From an uncultured Chloroflexia bacterium (GTDB lineage Bacteria; Chloroflexota; Limnocylindria; Limnocylindrales; CSP1-4), in assembly GCA_963763775.1 (NCBI GenBank), contig CAVXPZ010000001.1:1376001-1440000 (forward strand): DNA of 64,000 nt, read 5' to 3'. A program made the position numbers and the translations under genes. Positions 32,799-42,898 of this stretch are shown here, one piece after another (the first letter of the stretch is position 1; every line of letters begins with the position of its first letter). Under the pieces are notes generated by a model. That model saw nothing but the letters and a program-made list of their open reading frames with translations. It searched no databases and was not told the origin of the DNA.

Positions 32799-32884
32799 CC
32801 GAGGGCGACGCGGACTCGATGCGGACCAGAACGTACCACGGAGGCGGGCTGCGACGGATCCGAGGGCGCTCGTGACCTCCGGAT

Positions 32885-34171
32885 CTACTCCGCTTCGAGC
32901 CGCGGTCGGGCCAGCGAGTGGCGATGGCTGACGCGAGGCTCATCGGCGCCGCCGAGCTCCCAAGCGTCAGGTGCTGCCCGGGCGATCCGTCGACCGTACC
33001 AGGCACCCACCGGACCCGCGCTCAGGCCATGGAGGAACACCGAGAGCAGGACGGTCCACGTCACCACTCGCACCAGTGTTTCGGTGGCGGGATGCAGCGG
33101 GCCGAGTTCGTCGAAGGCGACGAGCAGGAAGACCACCGACGCGAGGCCACGCGGGCCGAACCAGCCGAGCAACGCGGTCGTGTCCCCTCGGAGGCGCGTC
33201 CCGAGCAGCGCGATGGCGACCGGGCCCATCCGCACGACCGTCAGGCTGAGCAGGGCGTAGCCGACGATCCTCACGTCGAAGCCGGACGCGATGACCGGAC
33301 CGGCGAGGACGACCCCGAACAGCAGCCAGACGAGATACGACGCGGCCGACCCGATCGACTCCGCGAATGCCACGGAGGGCTCCGATCGTGCCGTCGCCGT
33401 CCTGAAGGCGATCCCTGCCCCGAACGCGGCGACGAAGCCGTTCCCGCCGATCGCGGTCGCACCCGCGTACGCGAGGACAGCCAGGGCGACGACCGCGAGC
33501 GATTCGGACCCTCGCGATGCCCAACGGCGCCGGCGGGCCTCAGCCGCGATCCGGCCGCCGAGACCACCGACGATCACGGCGACCACGATCGCGAGGGCGA
33601 TCTCGGCGATGGCCGTCACCAGCCAGTCCTGACTGCCGGTTGACTCCTCGGCGACCGCCAGCGACAGCGACAGGGTCACGAAGGGCGTCGCGATGCCGTC
33701 GTTCAGCCCGCTCTCGATGTTGAAGGTCCGTCGGACCCGGACGGGGATGCCGCGATCGAGCAGCACGGGCAAGCTGAGGGCCGCGTCGGTCGGCGCCAGG
33801 ATGGATCCCATGACCAGGGCGAAGCCGACGCCGAGTGCCGGGAACAGCAGCCATCCGATGAGCGCCCCGGCGGCGATCGTCAACGGCAACCCGAACGCCA
33901 GCAGCCGACCCGGGAGCCAGGCGATCCGGCCCGCCTCACGGAGGCTGATCGTCGACGCATCCGTGAACAGGAGCAAGGCCAGGGTCAACTCGGCGAGCAC
34001 TCGGAACGGCTCGGACGTCGCCGGCGCGACGACCAGCCCGACGCCAGCCGGCCCGACGAGCGCACCGACCGTGACGAGGATGATCGGACCACTGATCGAC
34101 AGCCGGTCGAGTCGGACCGCGATCAGGGTGTAGGCGAGGATCACCAGGGCGACGAGAGCGATCTGGGGCAC
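32885..34171 (-). CDS. CPA1 cation:proton antiporter (NhaP-like)
   Basis: LLLFTDA, LAPTDAAL, ESGLNDG, GWFGPRGLAS; many TM helices. Confidence 0.9.
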   Translation of the reverse strand: MPQIALVALVILAYTLIAVRLDRLSISGPIILVTVGALVGPAGVGLVVAPATSEPFRVLAELTLALLLFTDASTISLREAGRIAWLPGRLLAFGLPLTIAAGALIGWLLFPALGVGFALVMGSILAPTDAALSLPVLLDRGIPVRVRRTFNIESGLNDGIATPFVTLSLSLAVAEESTGSQDWLVTAIAEIALAIVVAVIVGGLGGRIAAEARRRRWASRGSESLAVVALAVLAYAGATAIGGNGFVAAFGAGIAFRTATARSEPSVAFAESIGSAASYLVWLLFGVVLAGPVIASGFDVRIVGYALLSLTVVRMGPVAIALLGTRLRGDTTALLGWFGPRGLASVVFLLVAFDELGPLHPATETLVRVVTWTVLLSVFLHGLSAGPVGAWYGRRIARAAPDAWELGGADEPRVSHRHSLARPRLEAE

Positions 34172-34257
34172 CGATGTCTCCGGGAGGCTGCGGCGACTCC
34201 GACGCATGATGTGCCCACGACGAGCCCGGCGCACGACCGGCTCGTCATACTCGGGTC

Positions 34258-34707
34258 ATGCGATTTCGGACCACGTTGCTGCTGACCGGCAAGACGACCT
34301 GCGGGTTCCACGTGCCGCCCGAGGTGGTCGAGGCGCTCGGGAAGGGGAAGCGGCCACCCGTCGTGGTCACGATCAACGGCTACACGTACCGAAGCACGGT
34401 CGCCGTCTACGGCGACATCTTCATGCTCGGCGTCTCGGCGGAGCGCCGCGAGGCGAGCGGCGTCCAACCCGGCCAGGAGCTCGATGTCGACCTCGAGCTC
34501 GACACGGCGCCGCGTGAGGTCGAGGTCCCGGCAGACTTCGCCGCCGCGCTCGATGCCGTCCCGGAGGCGCGCCGCACCTTCGACGGCCTCTCGTACAGCA
34601 ACCAGTCCTGGCACGTCCTCCAGGTCGTGGGCGCCAAGACCGACGAGACGCGCCAGCGGCGCATCGAGAAGTCGGTGGCGACCCTCCGCGAGGGCCGCCC
34701 CCGCTGA
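34258..34707 (+). CDS. DUF1905 / YdeI-OmpD-associated family protein
   Basis: KRPPVVVTINGYTYRSTVA, LELDTAPREVEVP.D, AKT.ETR.RRI.K. Confidence 0.88.
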   Translation: MRFRTTLLLTGKTTCGFHVPPEVVEALGKGKRPPVVVTINGYTYRSTVAVYGDIFMLGVSAERREASGVQPGQELDVDLELDTAPREVEVPADFAAALDAVPEARRTFDGLSYSNQSWHVLQVVGAKTDETRQRRIEKSVATLREGRPR

Positions 34708-34750
34708 CGAGCGGGCCGATCCAACAGGGCTCGTCAGCCGAAGGGTCGGT

Positions 34751-35542
34751 ATGCGCGACCTCATCCGCCAGATCGTCACGGTCCTCGTCTTCGCGGTGAC
34801 CGTGACCGTCAACGCGGCGGCCAACGCCCTGCCCATCAACGGGCAGCAGACCGGCGAGATCAGCGACCGCTTCCACGTGTTCGTGGTCCCGGCCGGGTAC
34901 GTGTTTTCGATCTGGGGCGTGATCTACGTGCTGTTGGCGGTGTTCACCGTCTACCAGGCGCTGCCGTCCCATCGCGAGGACCCGGTCATCCGGTCGATCG
35001 GATGGCTCGCGGCGCTGACCGGCGTCCTCAATTCGGCTTGGGTCCTGCTCTTCCAGTACGAACGCTTCGTCCTGACGGTCCCGGTGATGATCGGGCTGCT
35101 CGTGACGCTCATCGCGATCCACCTGCGCCTTTGGGAGTACCGCGAACGCCTGCGCGGCCCCGCGTATTGGGCCGTTCGGGCGCCATTCTCTGTCTACCTC
35201 GGCTGGATCACCGTCGCGACGATCGCCAACGTCGCCCAGACCGGGTCGGCGCTCGGCGTCGAACCGTTCGGGCTGCCTCCCGAGTGGGTGGCCGCGGCCG
35301 TGCTGCTGCTCGGTCTCGCGATCGCCGCTAGGTTCGTGACCGAGTTCGGGGACGTCGCCTACGGGCTGGTGATCATCTGGGCCTATGCCGGGATCGTGGT
35401 GAAGGAGCGAGACGTCGCCGTCGTCGCGATCGTCGCCGGCCTCTCGGCGGTCATCGTGGCGATCCTGGTCGTCGCGGTCCTGCGGCGAGGTCCCAACGAG
35501 CCGCTCCGGCTCACGAGGGTCACCGATCCGCGACCGGCCTGA
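34751..35542 (+). CDS. TspO/MBR-related membrane protein
   Basis: NALPINGQ.TGEISD, PAGYVFSIWGVIY, PFSVYLGWITVATIAN. Confidence 0.75.
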   Translation: MRDLIRQIVTVLVFAVTVTVNAAANALPINGQQTGEISDRFHVFVVPAGYVFSIWGVIYVLLAVFTVYQALPSHREDPVIRSIGWLAALTGVLNSAWVLLFQYERFVLTVPVMIGLLVTLIAIHLRLWEYRERLRGPAYWAVRAPFSVYLGWITVATIANVAQTGSALGVEPFGLPPEWVAAAVLLLGLAIAARFVTEFGDVAYGLVIIWAYAGIVVKERDVAVVAIVAGLSAVIVAILVVAVLRRGPNEPLRLTRVTDPRPA

Positions 35543-35560
35543 ACGGTCGGCCGATCCGTC

Positions 35561-37168
35561 CTAACGGTCGGCGCGGCCGCCGTTGCGGGCGATGCGCTCA
35601 CCCGGCAGCGAGGCGGGACCCGGGCGCTGGCCGCCCTGATGGGTCGGCCGCGGACCGGCCGCGTGCGCCGGACGAGGCGCGTGCCCGTACGACGGTCGTC
35701 CCGGCTGCGTGGGTCGACCCGGCTGCATCGGTCGGCCACCCTGGACCGGTCGCGAGGGCTGTCCCGGCCGCGCGGGCTGCGCGGGCCGCTGGCCGAGCCA
35801 CTGCCCCGGTTGGGCCGGACGACCGGCGTGCTGCGGACGACCCGTGGCCGGCTGGGCTCGGCCCGGACCGGCCGGATGCGCGCCCGGCTGTCGGGGCTCC
35901 GAGCGGCGTGCCGGGGCGTACCCGGACGACGGGCGGTGCCCACCGGCGACGCGTGGACCGGCGCCCGGCCGTGGGCCGGAACCGGGTCGGGCGCCACCGA
36001 GGCCGCCGCGAAGGATCGGCTCGGGGCGGATGCGCGGGTCGGGCTCGAAGCCGGCGATCGTCTCGGTCGGGATCGGATGGCCGAGCACGCCCTCGATGTC
36101 GCGCAGGAGCCGCTCCTCGTCGACGCAGACGAGCGAGATGGCCTTGCCGTCGACACCGGCGCGGCCCGTCCGGCCGATGCGGTGGACGTAGTCCTCCGCG
36201 ACCATCGGGAGCTCGAAGTTCACGACGTGCGGGAGCGCATCGATGTCCAGCCCGCGTGCGGCGACCTCGGTGGCGACGAGGATCGCGTAGCGGTTGGCCT
36301 TGAAGTCGGCCAGGGCGCGGACGCGCTGCGGCTGGCTCTTGTTGCCGTGGATCGCCGCGGACGGGATGCCGTCCCGCTCGAGCTGCTGCGCGAGGCGGTT
36401 CGCCCCGTGCTTGGTGCGCGTGAACACGAGGGCCTGGTAGATGACGTTGGTCTTGACGAGGTGGCTGAGCAGCTCGCGCTTGCGCTCGCGGTCGACGCGG
36501 TAGACGACCTGCTCGACGAGCTCGGACGCCGTGTTGCGCGGGGTGACCTGGACCGACGCGGGGTCGTGCAGGAGCCCGGACGCCAGCGCGCGGATCTCGT
36601 TCGAGAACGTCGCCGAGAAGAGCAGGTTCTGTCGACGGGCCGGCAGCAGGGCGAGGATCTTGCGGATGTCGCGGATGAAGCCCATGTCGAGCATGCGATC
36701 GGCCTCGTCGAGGACGAGGATCTCGACCGCGGACAGGTCGATGGTGTGCTGGCCGACGTGGTCGAGCAGCCGGCCGGGCGTCGCGACGACGATCTCGGGG
36801 CCGGCCCGGAGCGAGCGAACCTGGCCGTCGAAGCCGACGCCGCCGTAGATGGCGACCGAGCGGATCGGACGCGAGCGCCCGTAGGTGCGGACGCTCTCCT
36901 CGACCTGGAGCGCGAGCTCGCGGGTCGGGGCGAGGATCAGCGCCCGGATGCGGCGCTGGCCGTCGCGGCGCGAGCCGTGCAGCAGCTGGAGCATCGGGAG
37001 GACGAACGCGGCGGTCTTGCCGGTGCCGGTCTGGGCGCCGGCCATGAGGTCGCGACCGGCCAGGACGATCGGGATCGCCTGTTCCTGGACCGGGGTCGGC
37101 ACCGTGTAGCCCTCATCGGCGACGGCGCGAAGGAGCTCGGGCGACAGCCCGAGTTGATCGAATGACAT
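35561..37168 (-). CDS. rhlE: DEAD-box RNA helicase
   Basis: Q motif, [51 protein letters not shown]; low-complexity tail. Confidence 0.93.
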   Translation of the reverse strand: MSFDQLGLSPELLRAVADEGYTVPTPVQEQAIPIVLAGRDLMAGAQTGTGKTAAFVLPMLQLLHGSRRDGQRRIRALILAPTRELALQVEESVRTYGRSRPIRSVAIYGGVGFDGQVRSLRAGPEIVVATPGRLLDHVGQHTIDLSAVEILVLDEADRMLDMGFIRDIRKILALLPARRQNLLFSATFSNEIRALASGLLHDPASVQVTPRNTASELVEQVVYRVDRERKRELLSHLVKTNVIYQALVFTRTKHGANRLAQQLERDGIPSAAIHGNKSQPQRVRALADFKANRYAILVATEVAARGLDIDALPHVVNFELPMVAEDYVHRIGRTGRAGVDGKAISLVCVDEERLLRDIEGVLGHPIPTETIAGFEPDPRIRPEPILRGGLGGARPGSGPRPGAGPRVAGGHRPSSGYAPARRSEPRQPGAHPAGPGRAQPATGRPQHAGRPAQPGQWLGQRPAQPARPGQPSRPVQGGRPMQPGRPTQPGRPSYGHAPRPAHAAGPRPTHQGGQRPGPASLPGERIARNGGRADR

Positions 37169-37290
37169 GAAGGAACGACTCCTGACGAGGCCCTCCCGCG
37201 CGGTGGCGGGGCCCGGTCAGGGCGTAGGTGGATCGAGATCGAAACGGTGTGGACCGGGGCGCTGACCGGAGCGCCTCATCGAGCACGAAT
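37169..37290 (-). promoter_or_regulatory. Structured 5' leader of rhlE
   Basis: Hairpin 37181-37221 (CCTGAC/GTCAGG closing) overlaps the AGGAG RBS; alternative AGGAG/TTCCT mini-stem; second hairpin 37258-37275; TATGCT -10-like element near 37300. Confidence 0.45.
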
Positions 37291-37383
37291 GTGCCTTGAG
37301 CATACACGACGCGGCAGAACCTGCCCTTCGGCACTGGCCGGAGGCGGCTCCCGGGATGAGGATGGGCCGACAAGGAGGGTCAC

Positions 37384-37779
37384 ATGGCCTACACCGAAGA
37401 CATCCTCGAACGCACGCGCAGGAACACCTTCTTCCGCGAGGTCGTGGCGACCGCGGCGCACAGCCAGGTCGTGGTGATGAGCATCCCGCCGGGCGCGGAC
37501 ATCGGCCTCGAGACGCACACCGAACTCGACCAGGTCCTCGTGATCGTCGAAGGGCGCGGGTCGGTGGTCCTCGACGCGGAGACCCGGCTGGTCCTGCCCG
37601 GGACGCTCATCCAGGTCCCCGCGGGCACGCGGCACGACCTGACGAACGTCGGCGAGGTGGACCTGCGGCTCTACACGGTCTACGCACCGCCGGCGCACGC
37701 GCCGGGCACGGTCCACAGGACCAAGGCCGAGGCGGAGGCCGACGAGGCCGATCACCCGCTCGTCGGCGCCACCGTCTGA
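37384..37779 (+). CDS. Cupin domain protein
   Basis: QVVVMSIPPGADIGLETH..LDQ....EG.G, VPAGTRHD..N, LYTVYAPP.H; AGGAGG RBS. Confidence 0.9.
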   Translation: MAYTEDILERTRRNTFFREVVATAAHSQVVVMSIPPGADIGLETHTELDQVLVIVEGRGSVVLDAETRLVLPGTLIQVPAGTRHDLTNVGEVDLRLYTVYAPPAHAPGTVHRTKAEAEADEADHPLVGATV

Positions 37780-37808
37780 CCGCGCAGCGCGGGCCGCGCG
37801 GCGGCCGC

Positions 37809-38198
37809 TCAGGCCTTGCGTTCGAGGATCGGGCGCGCGATGTCGGGCTTGTCGACGACGAACGCGAACATCGCGCGGTCGCCCCAGCGCCCCAGGAACA
37901 GGTGGCCGTAGATGTTGACGCCCGCGTCCGCGAGGGCGCGGGACAGCCGGGCCATGCCACCCGGCCGGTCATCGACCTCGGTCAGGATCGACTCGCCCTC
38001 GATGTAGGTGTAGCCACCGTCGTCGAGGACGGCCTTCGTCGCGGCGTCGTCGGCCGTGGTCATGATCACGTGACCCGAGTCGCCCATGCTCCCGCCGCCG
38101 ATGGCGCGCAGGTCGACGCCGCGGGCGGCGAGGGACTCAGCGAGCGTCGCCATCGCCCCGGGCTCGTTCTTCAGCTGGACCACGAACTGGTTGGCCAT
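37809..38198 (-). CDS. Stand-alone tandem ACT-domain protein
   Basis: VQLKNEPGAMATLAESLAARGVDL and VDDRPGGMARLSRALADAGVNI; GGAGGG RBS. Confidence 0.85.
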   Translation of the reverse strand: MANQFVVQLKNEPGAMATLAESLAARGVDLRAIGGGSMGDSGHVIMTTADDAATKAVLDDGGYTYIEGESILTEVDDRPGGMARLSRALADAGVNIYGHLFLGRWGDRAMFAFVVDKPDIARPILERKA

Positions 38199-38265
38199 GC
38201 GACCCTCCGAGGACGACTGGGATGCCGGGATTCTAGCGGTCCCCGCTGTGCTAGCGTGCCGGCCG

Positions 38266-39091
38266 ATGGCCGACTCGACCGATCCGGGCGTCCGCGCCAC
38301 CGTCGACGCCGCGGGGATCCCCTTCTCCACGCTGAGCTGGGGCGATCCCGGCGGCCGCCCGCTCCTCCTCGTGCACGGCGTGACCGCGTCCGCGGCCATC
38401 TGGTGGCGCGTCGGTCCGAGGCTGGCCGCCGGCGGGCGGCGGGTGGTCGCCGTCGACCTGCCCGGGCACGGCCGGACGGGCCACTGGACCGGGCGGCATC
38501 GGTTCGTCGACACCGCCCGGGACGTCGCGGCCTTCATCGATGCCTGCGGGCTCGATGACGCGCGGCTCCAGGTCATCGGCCACAGCTGGGGGGCGATGGT
38601 CGCGGCCGCCCTGCCGTCGGCCGGGGTCCGCCCGGCGACGATCGTCCTGCTCGACCCGCCCGCGATCCCGGTCAGCGTGATCGGCTCGATGGCCAACGAC
38701 CCGACCTGGCGGACGTTCGCGACGCCCATCGAGGCGAACGCCGCGATCGCGGCCGCCAACCCGACGTGGATCGCGGGCGACGTGGCCGCTGCGGCCGACG
38801 CCATGCTGGCCGTCGACGTGGTGGCCGCGCGATCGATCGTGCTCGACAACGGCGACTGGGACGCGGGCCTCGCGGCGCTGGCCGACCCGGCGGCGTCCGG
38901 CATCCCGGTCTGGGTCGTCCGGGGCGACCCTCGGGCGGGCGGCCTGACGCTCGATCCGGCCGCCGACGGCGTACGCGGCCCGCTACGGGCCGGACCACGT
39001 CATCACGATCCCGGGTGCGCCGCACAGCCCGCAGCGGACCGATCTCGAGGCGACCGTGGCCGCGTTCGAGCAGGCGCTGGGCGCGGACTAG
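38266..39091 (+). CDS. Alpha/beta hydrolase, indel near 38968
   Basis: LLVHG, DLPGHG, GHSWG nucleophile elbow; the shifted frame gives IPGAPHSPQR and TAG39091. Confidence 0.87.
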
Positions 39092-40626
39092 GCCGACGGG
39101 TCCCGGGCCTGACGGTCCGGCTTCGCCGTCGCGGCCGGCCCGGTGCGCGCCTCCCGCCGGATCGCGGCGGCCCGCTCGTACGCCTCGACGTAGCGCGGCG
39201 CGGACCCCGTGACCCAGTCGAAGTCGACGGCCATGCCCCGGTCGATCAGGCGCGACCAGGACGGCCCGCCGGCGGCCTGCATCGCCATCGCCTGCTCGCA
39301 CGCCCACACGAGCCCGTCCACCGTGTCGTTGTCGAACACGAACCCGGTGCCCGCAGCCGGATGCCGCGACTGGTCGACGACCGTGTCCGCCAGCCCGCCG
39401 GTCCTGTGGACGATGGGCGGGGTGCCGTACCGCAGGGCGATCATCTGGCCCTGCCCGCACGGTTCGAACCGGCTCGGCATGAGGAAGAGATCGCTGCCGG
39501 CATAGATCCGCCGCGCCATCGCGCGATCGAACCGCTCGAGCAGGGCGACGCGGTCCGGGTGCGCGGTCGCGAGCGTCCGGAACGGATCCGCGAGCTCCGG
39601 ATGGCCGCTCCCGAGCACCACGATCCTGGCTCCCCGGGCCAACAGCACCGGCGCCGCTCCGGCGACGAGGTCGAACCCCTTCTGCGGATCGAGCCGACCG
39701 ATGAGTCCCAGCACGGGCCGCGGATCGGTCGGATCGAACCCGACCCGCTCCAGCAGGTCCGCGCGGCAGGCGGCCTTGCCCCCGAGCGATCCGCGCGCAT
39801 AGGTCGCGGCGAGGTCGCCGTCCGTGGCGGGATCCCAGACCGTGGTGTCGAGGCCGTTGAGGATGCCGACGAACCGGTCGCCCCTGGCCCGCAGCAGGCC
39901 GTCGAGGCCCATCCCGAACGCCGGCGTCAGCGCCTCGGCCGCGAACCCGGGCGAGACGGTGTTGACGAGCTCGGCTCGCTCGATGCCGGCCGCCAGGAGG
40001 TCGATGCCGACGGCGTCGGTGGCCACGATCCCGTCGCCCGGACGCAGACCGAGCTGGCCGAGCCTCGCCCGGGGCGTCCAGCCGTGATACGCGAGGTTGT
40101 GGAGGGTCATGAGGATCGCGGCGCCGCCCACGACCGGATCGTCGGCGTAGCGGGCGTCGCGGAAGATCGCGGCCGGCCCGGTATGCCAGTCGTGGAGATG
40201 CAGCACGTCGACGGGGCGGCCGTCCGCGCGGAGGGCCTCGAGCGCCGCCCGCCCGAACATCCCGAACCGCCAGGCGTTGTCGGCGTAGTCGCCGGCGGCA
40301 TCGCCGTAGAAGCCTTCGCGGTCGAAGGCGGCGGGGTGGTCGACCAGCCGCAGTCGATAGCCGTCGGCGGCGACATCGATGACGCTGACCTCGCTGACGC
40401 CGGCCGGGGCTCGCGGATCCGGGACGCGGACCACGGACTCCCCGATGACGCGTTCGGGGAACGGCACCGTCCGATAGCGCGGCAGGAAGACGTCGACCGG
40501 CGCGTCCACGGCCCCGGCGGGCAGGCGTCCGAGCGCCCGGGCGAGCGCGTCCACGACATCGGCCAGTCCCCCGGTCTTGGCCCACGGTTCGCACTCGGCG
40601 GCGAGGAAGGCGATGCGGAGCGGCAT
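39088..40626 (-). CDS. glgA: Glycogen synthase (GT5)
   Basis: KTGGLADV, HDWHTG, TLHNLAY.G, NGLD...WDP..D, RL..QKG, PSRFEPCG, TGGLADTV. Confidence 0.94.
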   Translation of the reverse strand: MPLRIAFLAAECEPWAKTGGLADVVDALARALGRLPAGAVDAPVDVFLPRYRTVPFPERVIGESVVRVPDPRAPAGVSEVSVIDVAADGYRLRLVDHPAAFDREGFYGDAAGDYADNAWRFGMFGRAALEALRADGRPVDVLHLHDWHTGPAAIFRDARYADDPVVGGAAILMTLHNLAYHGWTPRARLGQLGLRPGDGIVATDAVGIDLLAAGIERAELVNTVSPGFAAEALTPAFGMGLDGLLRARGDRFVGILNGLDTTVWDPATDGDLAATYARGSLGGKAACRADLLERVGFDPTDPRPVLGLIGRLDPQKGFDLVAGAAPVLLARGARIVVLGSGHPELADPFRTLATAHPDRVALLERFDRAMARRIYAGSDLFLMPSRFEPCGQGQMIALRYGTPPIVHRTGGLADTVVDQSRHPAAGTGFVFDNDTVDGLVWACEQAMAMQAAGGPSWSRLIDRGMAVDFDWVTGSAPRYVEAYERAAAIRREARTGPAATAKPDRQARDPSA

Positions 40627-40712
40627 GCCGGGCATCCTAACGGCGGCCGTCGGCCACCGCCCGGGCCTAAACCGGTTCACACTCGTGAGGCGACCGCGTA
40701 TCATCCGCGCTC

Positions 40713-42893
40713 ATGGACCTCGTCCACGTCCCCGCGACCCCAGCTGCGTGGTTCCCGCTCCCGCCACGGCTGGAGGGGCTTCGCCGCCTCGCGTACAACC
40801 TCCACTGGGCCTGGCATCCGCGCACCCGCGGGCTGTGGTCGCTCATCGACCGGACCTCGTGGTATCGGTATCGGAACCCGATCCCGGTCATCAGCGGCGC
40901 CGTGGACTGGTCGCGGCTCCTCGACGACTCGAAGTTCCTCGCGGAGTACCACGACGTCCTCGCCGAATTCGACCAGTACATGGCGAACGGCACCGATCGC
41001 TGGTTCCAGCGCCGATACGGCGACGCCCTGAGCGGGCCGATCGCGTACTTCTGCGCCGAGTACGGCCTGCACGAGTCGCTCGGGATCTACTCCGGGGGCC
41101 TCGGGGTGCTCGCGGGCGACCACATGAAGACGGCCAGTGACATGGCCCTGCCGTTCCTCGGTGTCGGCCTGCTCTATCGGAAGGGCTACTTCCGCCAGTC
41201 CATCGACGCGGACGGGCACCAGGAGCACAACTACCCCGACTACGACCTCTCGCGCCTGCCGCTCTCGCGAGTCCAGGACCAGAACGGGCTGCCCCTGACG
41301 GTGACCGTGGAGCTGCCCGACCGCGACCTCGTGGTGGCGGTGTGGCTCGCCGAGGTCGGTCGCGTCCCGGTCCTGCTCCTCGACACGGACCTTCCGGAGA
41401 ACCTCGACCAGGACCGCCCGATCACGCACATCCTCTACGTCCGCGGTCGCGAGATGCGCCTCCACCAGGAGCTCGTGCTCGGCGTCGGCGGCGTCCGCGC
41501 GATCCGCGCCCTCGGCATCGCGCCAGCCGCGTGGCACCTCAACGAGGGGCATTCCGCGTTCCTGCTCGCCGAGCGCGCCCGCGAGCTCGTGCAGGGCGGG
41601 ACCAAGCTGGCGGACGCCTGGTCCACGGTCCGGCGCGACAGCGTGTTCACGATCCACACACCGGTCTCCGCCGGCAACGAGCGCTTCGACGCGGACCTGG
41701 TGCGGCGCGTGGCAGGCCCCCTCCTCGACCGCGGGAAGGTGCCCGTGGATCGCGTGCTCGAACTCGGGGTCGGCATGGACGGCGACCTCGGCCAGTTCGA
41801 CATGACGGCCTTCAGCCTGCGCCTGACGAACGGCGCCAACGCGGTGAGCCACCTGCACAGCCGCACGGCGAACGCGACCTGGACCGGGATCAGCGACCAC
41901 GAGATCCTCGGCCTGACCAATGGGATCCACGGCCCGAGCTGGGTGGGCACGCCGATCACGGACCTCCTCGCGCGCTACCTGGACGCCGACCTCGACGACC
42001 TCGATGCCACCAGCCAGCAGGGCCGGTTCTGGGAACGGATGGAGCGCATCCCGGGCCGCGACCTGTGGGAGGCGCACCTGCGCCAGAAGCGCGAACTCGC
42101 CCACTTCGCCCAGGGCCGGCTGCGCAGCCAGTTCGCACGGCACGGCGAGGCCCCGTCCGTGCTCGCCGAGCTCGACCAGGCCTTCGATCCCAAGGTCCTC
42201 ACGATCGGCTTCGCCCGCCGGTTCGCGACGTACAAGCGTGCCGGCCTGCTCTTCTCCGACATCGACCGGTTGAGCCGGATGCTGTGGGACCCCGACCGGC
42301 CCATCCAGATCGTGTTCGCCGGCAAGGCCCACCCCGCCGACCGGCCCGGCCAGCGGGTCATCCAGGAGATCTTCCAGCGCTCGCGCTCGCCACAGCTCCG
42401 CGGCCGCGTCTACATCCTCGAGGACTACGACATGCGCGTCGGGCGGTTCCTCGTCCAGGGCGTCGACGTGTGGCTGAACAACCCGCGCCGCCCGCTGGAG
42501 GCGTCGGGCACGTCCGGCATGAAGGCCGCGCAGAACGGCGTGCCGAACGTCAGCGTCCTCGATGGCTGGTGGGACGAGGGCTACACCGGCGACAACGGCT
42601 GGGCGATCGGCGGGCGCGAGACGAACCCCGACGAGGCCGCCCAGGACTGGGCGGACGCGCAGGACCTCTACCGGATCCTCGACGAGGAGATCATCCCGAG
42701 GTACTACGAGCGCGACGCGAACGGCACCCCGCCGCGCTGGCTCGAGGTGATGCGCCAGTCCATGGCGACCTCGCTCTGGGCGTTCTCCACGACCCGGATG
42801 CTCCACGAGTACGCGGAGCGGCTGTACCTGCCGGCCGCCGGTGTCGCCGTGCGTGAGACGACCAAGGCCCCGGCGGTCACGGAGGCGGGCTGA
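40713..42893 (+). CDS. glgP: Alpha-glucan phosphorylase (GT35)
   Basis: [45 protein letters not shown] (PLP lysine), LDGWW.EG. Confidence 0.95.
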   Translation: MDLVHVPATPAAWFPLPPRLEGLRRLAYNLHWAWHPRTRGLWSLIDRTSWYRYRNPIPVISGAVDWSRLLDDSKFLAEYHDVLAEFDQYMANGTDRWFQRRYGDALSGPIAYFCAEYGLHESLGIYSGGLGVLAGDHMKTASDMALPFLGVGLLYRKGYFRQSIDADGHQEHNYPDYDLSRLPLSRVQDQNGLPLTVTVELPDRDLVVAVWLAEVGRVPVLLLDTDLPENLDQDRPITHILYVRGREMRLHQELVLGVGGVRAIRALGIAPAAWHLNEGHSAFLLAERARELVQGGTKLADAWSTVRRDSVFTIHTPVSAGNERFDADLVRRVAGPLLDRGKVPVDRVLELGVGMDGDLGQFDMTAFSLRLTNGANAVSHLHSRTANATWTGISDHEILGLTNGIHGPSWVGTPITDLLARYLDADLDDLDATSQQGRFWERMERIPGRDLWEAHLRQKRELAHFAQGRLRSQFARHGEAPSVLAELDQAFDPKVLTIGFARRFATYKRAGLLFSDIDRLSRMLWDPDRPIQIVFAGKAHPADRPGQRVIQEIFQRSRSPQLRGRVYILEDYDMRVGRFLVQGVDVWLNNPRRPLEASGTSGMKAAQNGVPNVSVLDGWWDEGYTGDNGWAIGGRETNPDEAAQDWADAQDLYRILDEEIIPRYYERDANGTPPRWLEVMRQSMATSLWAFSTTRMLHEYAERLYLPAAGVAVRETTKAPAVTEAG

Positions 42894-42898
42894 GCGAC

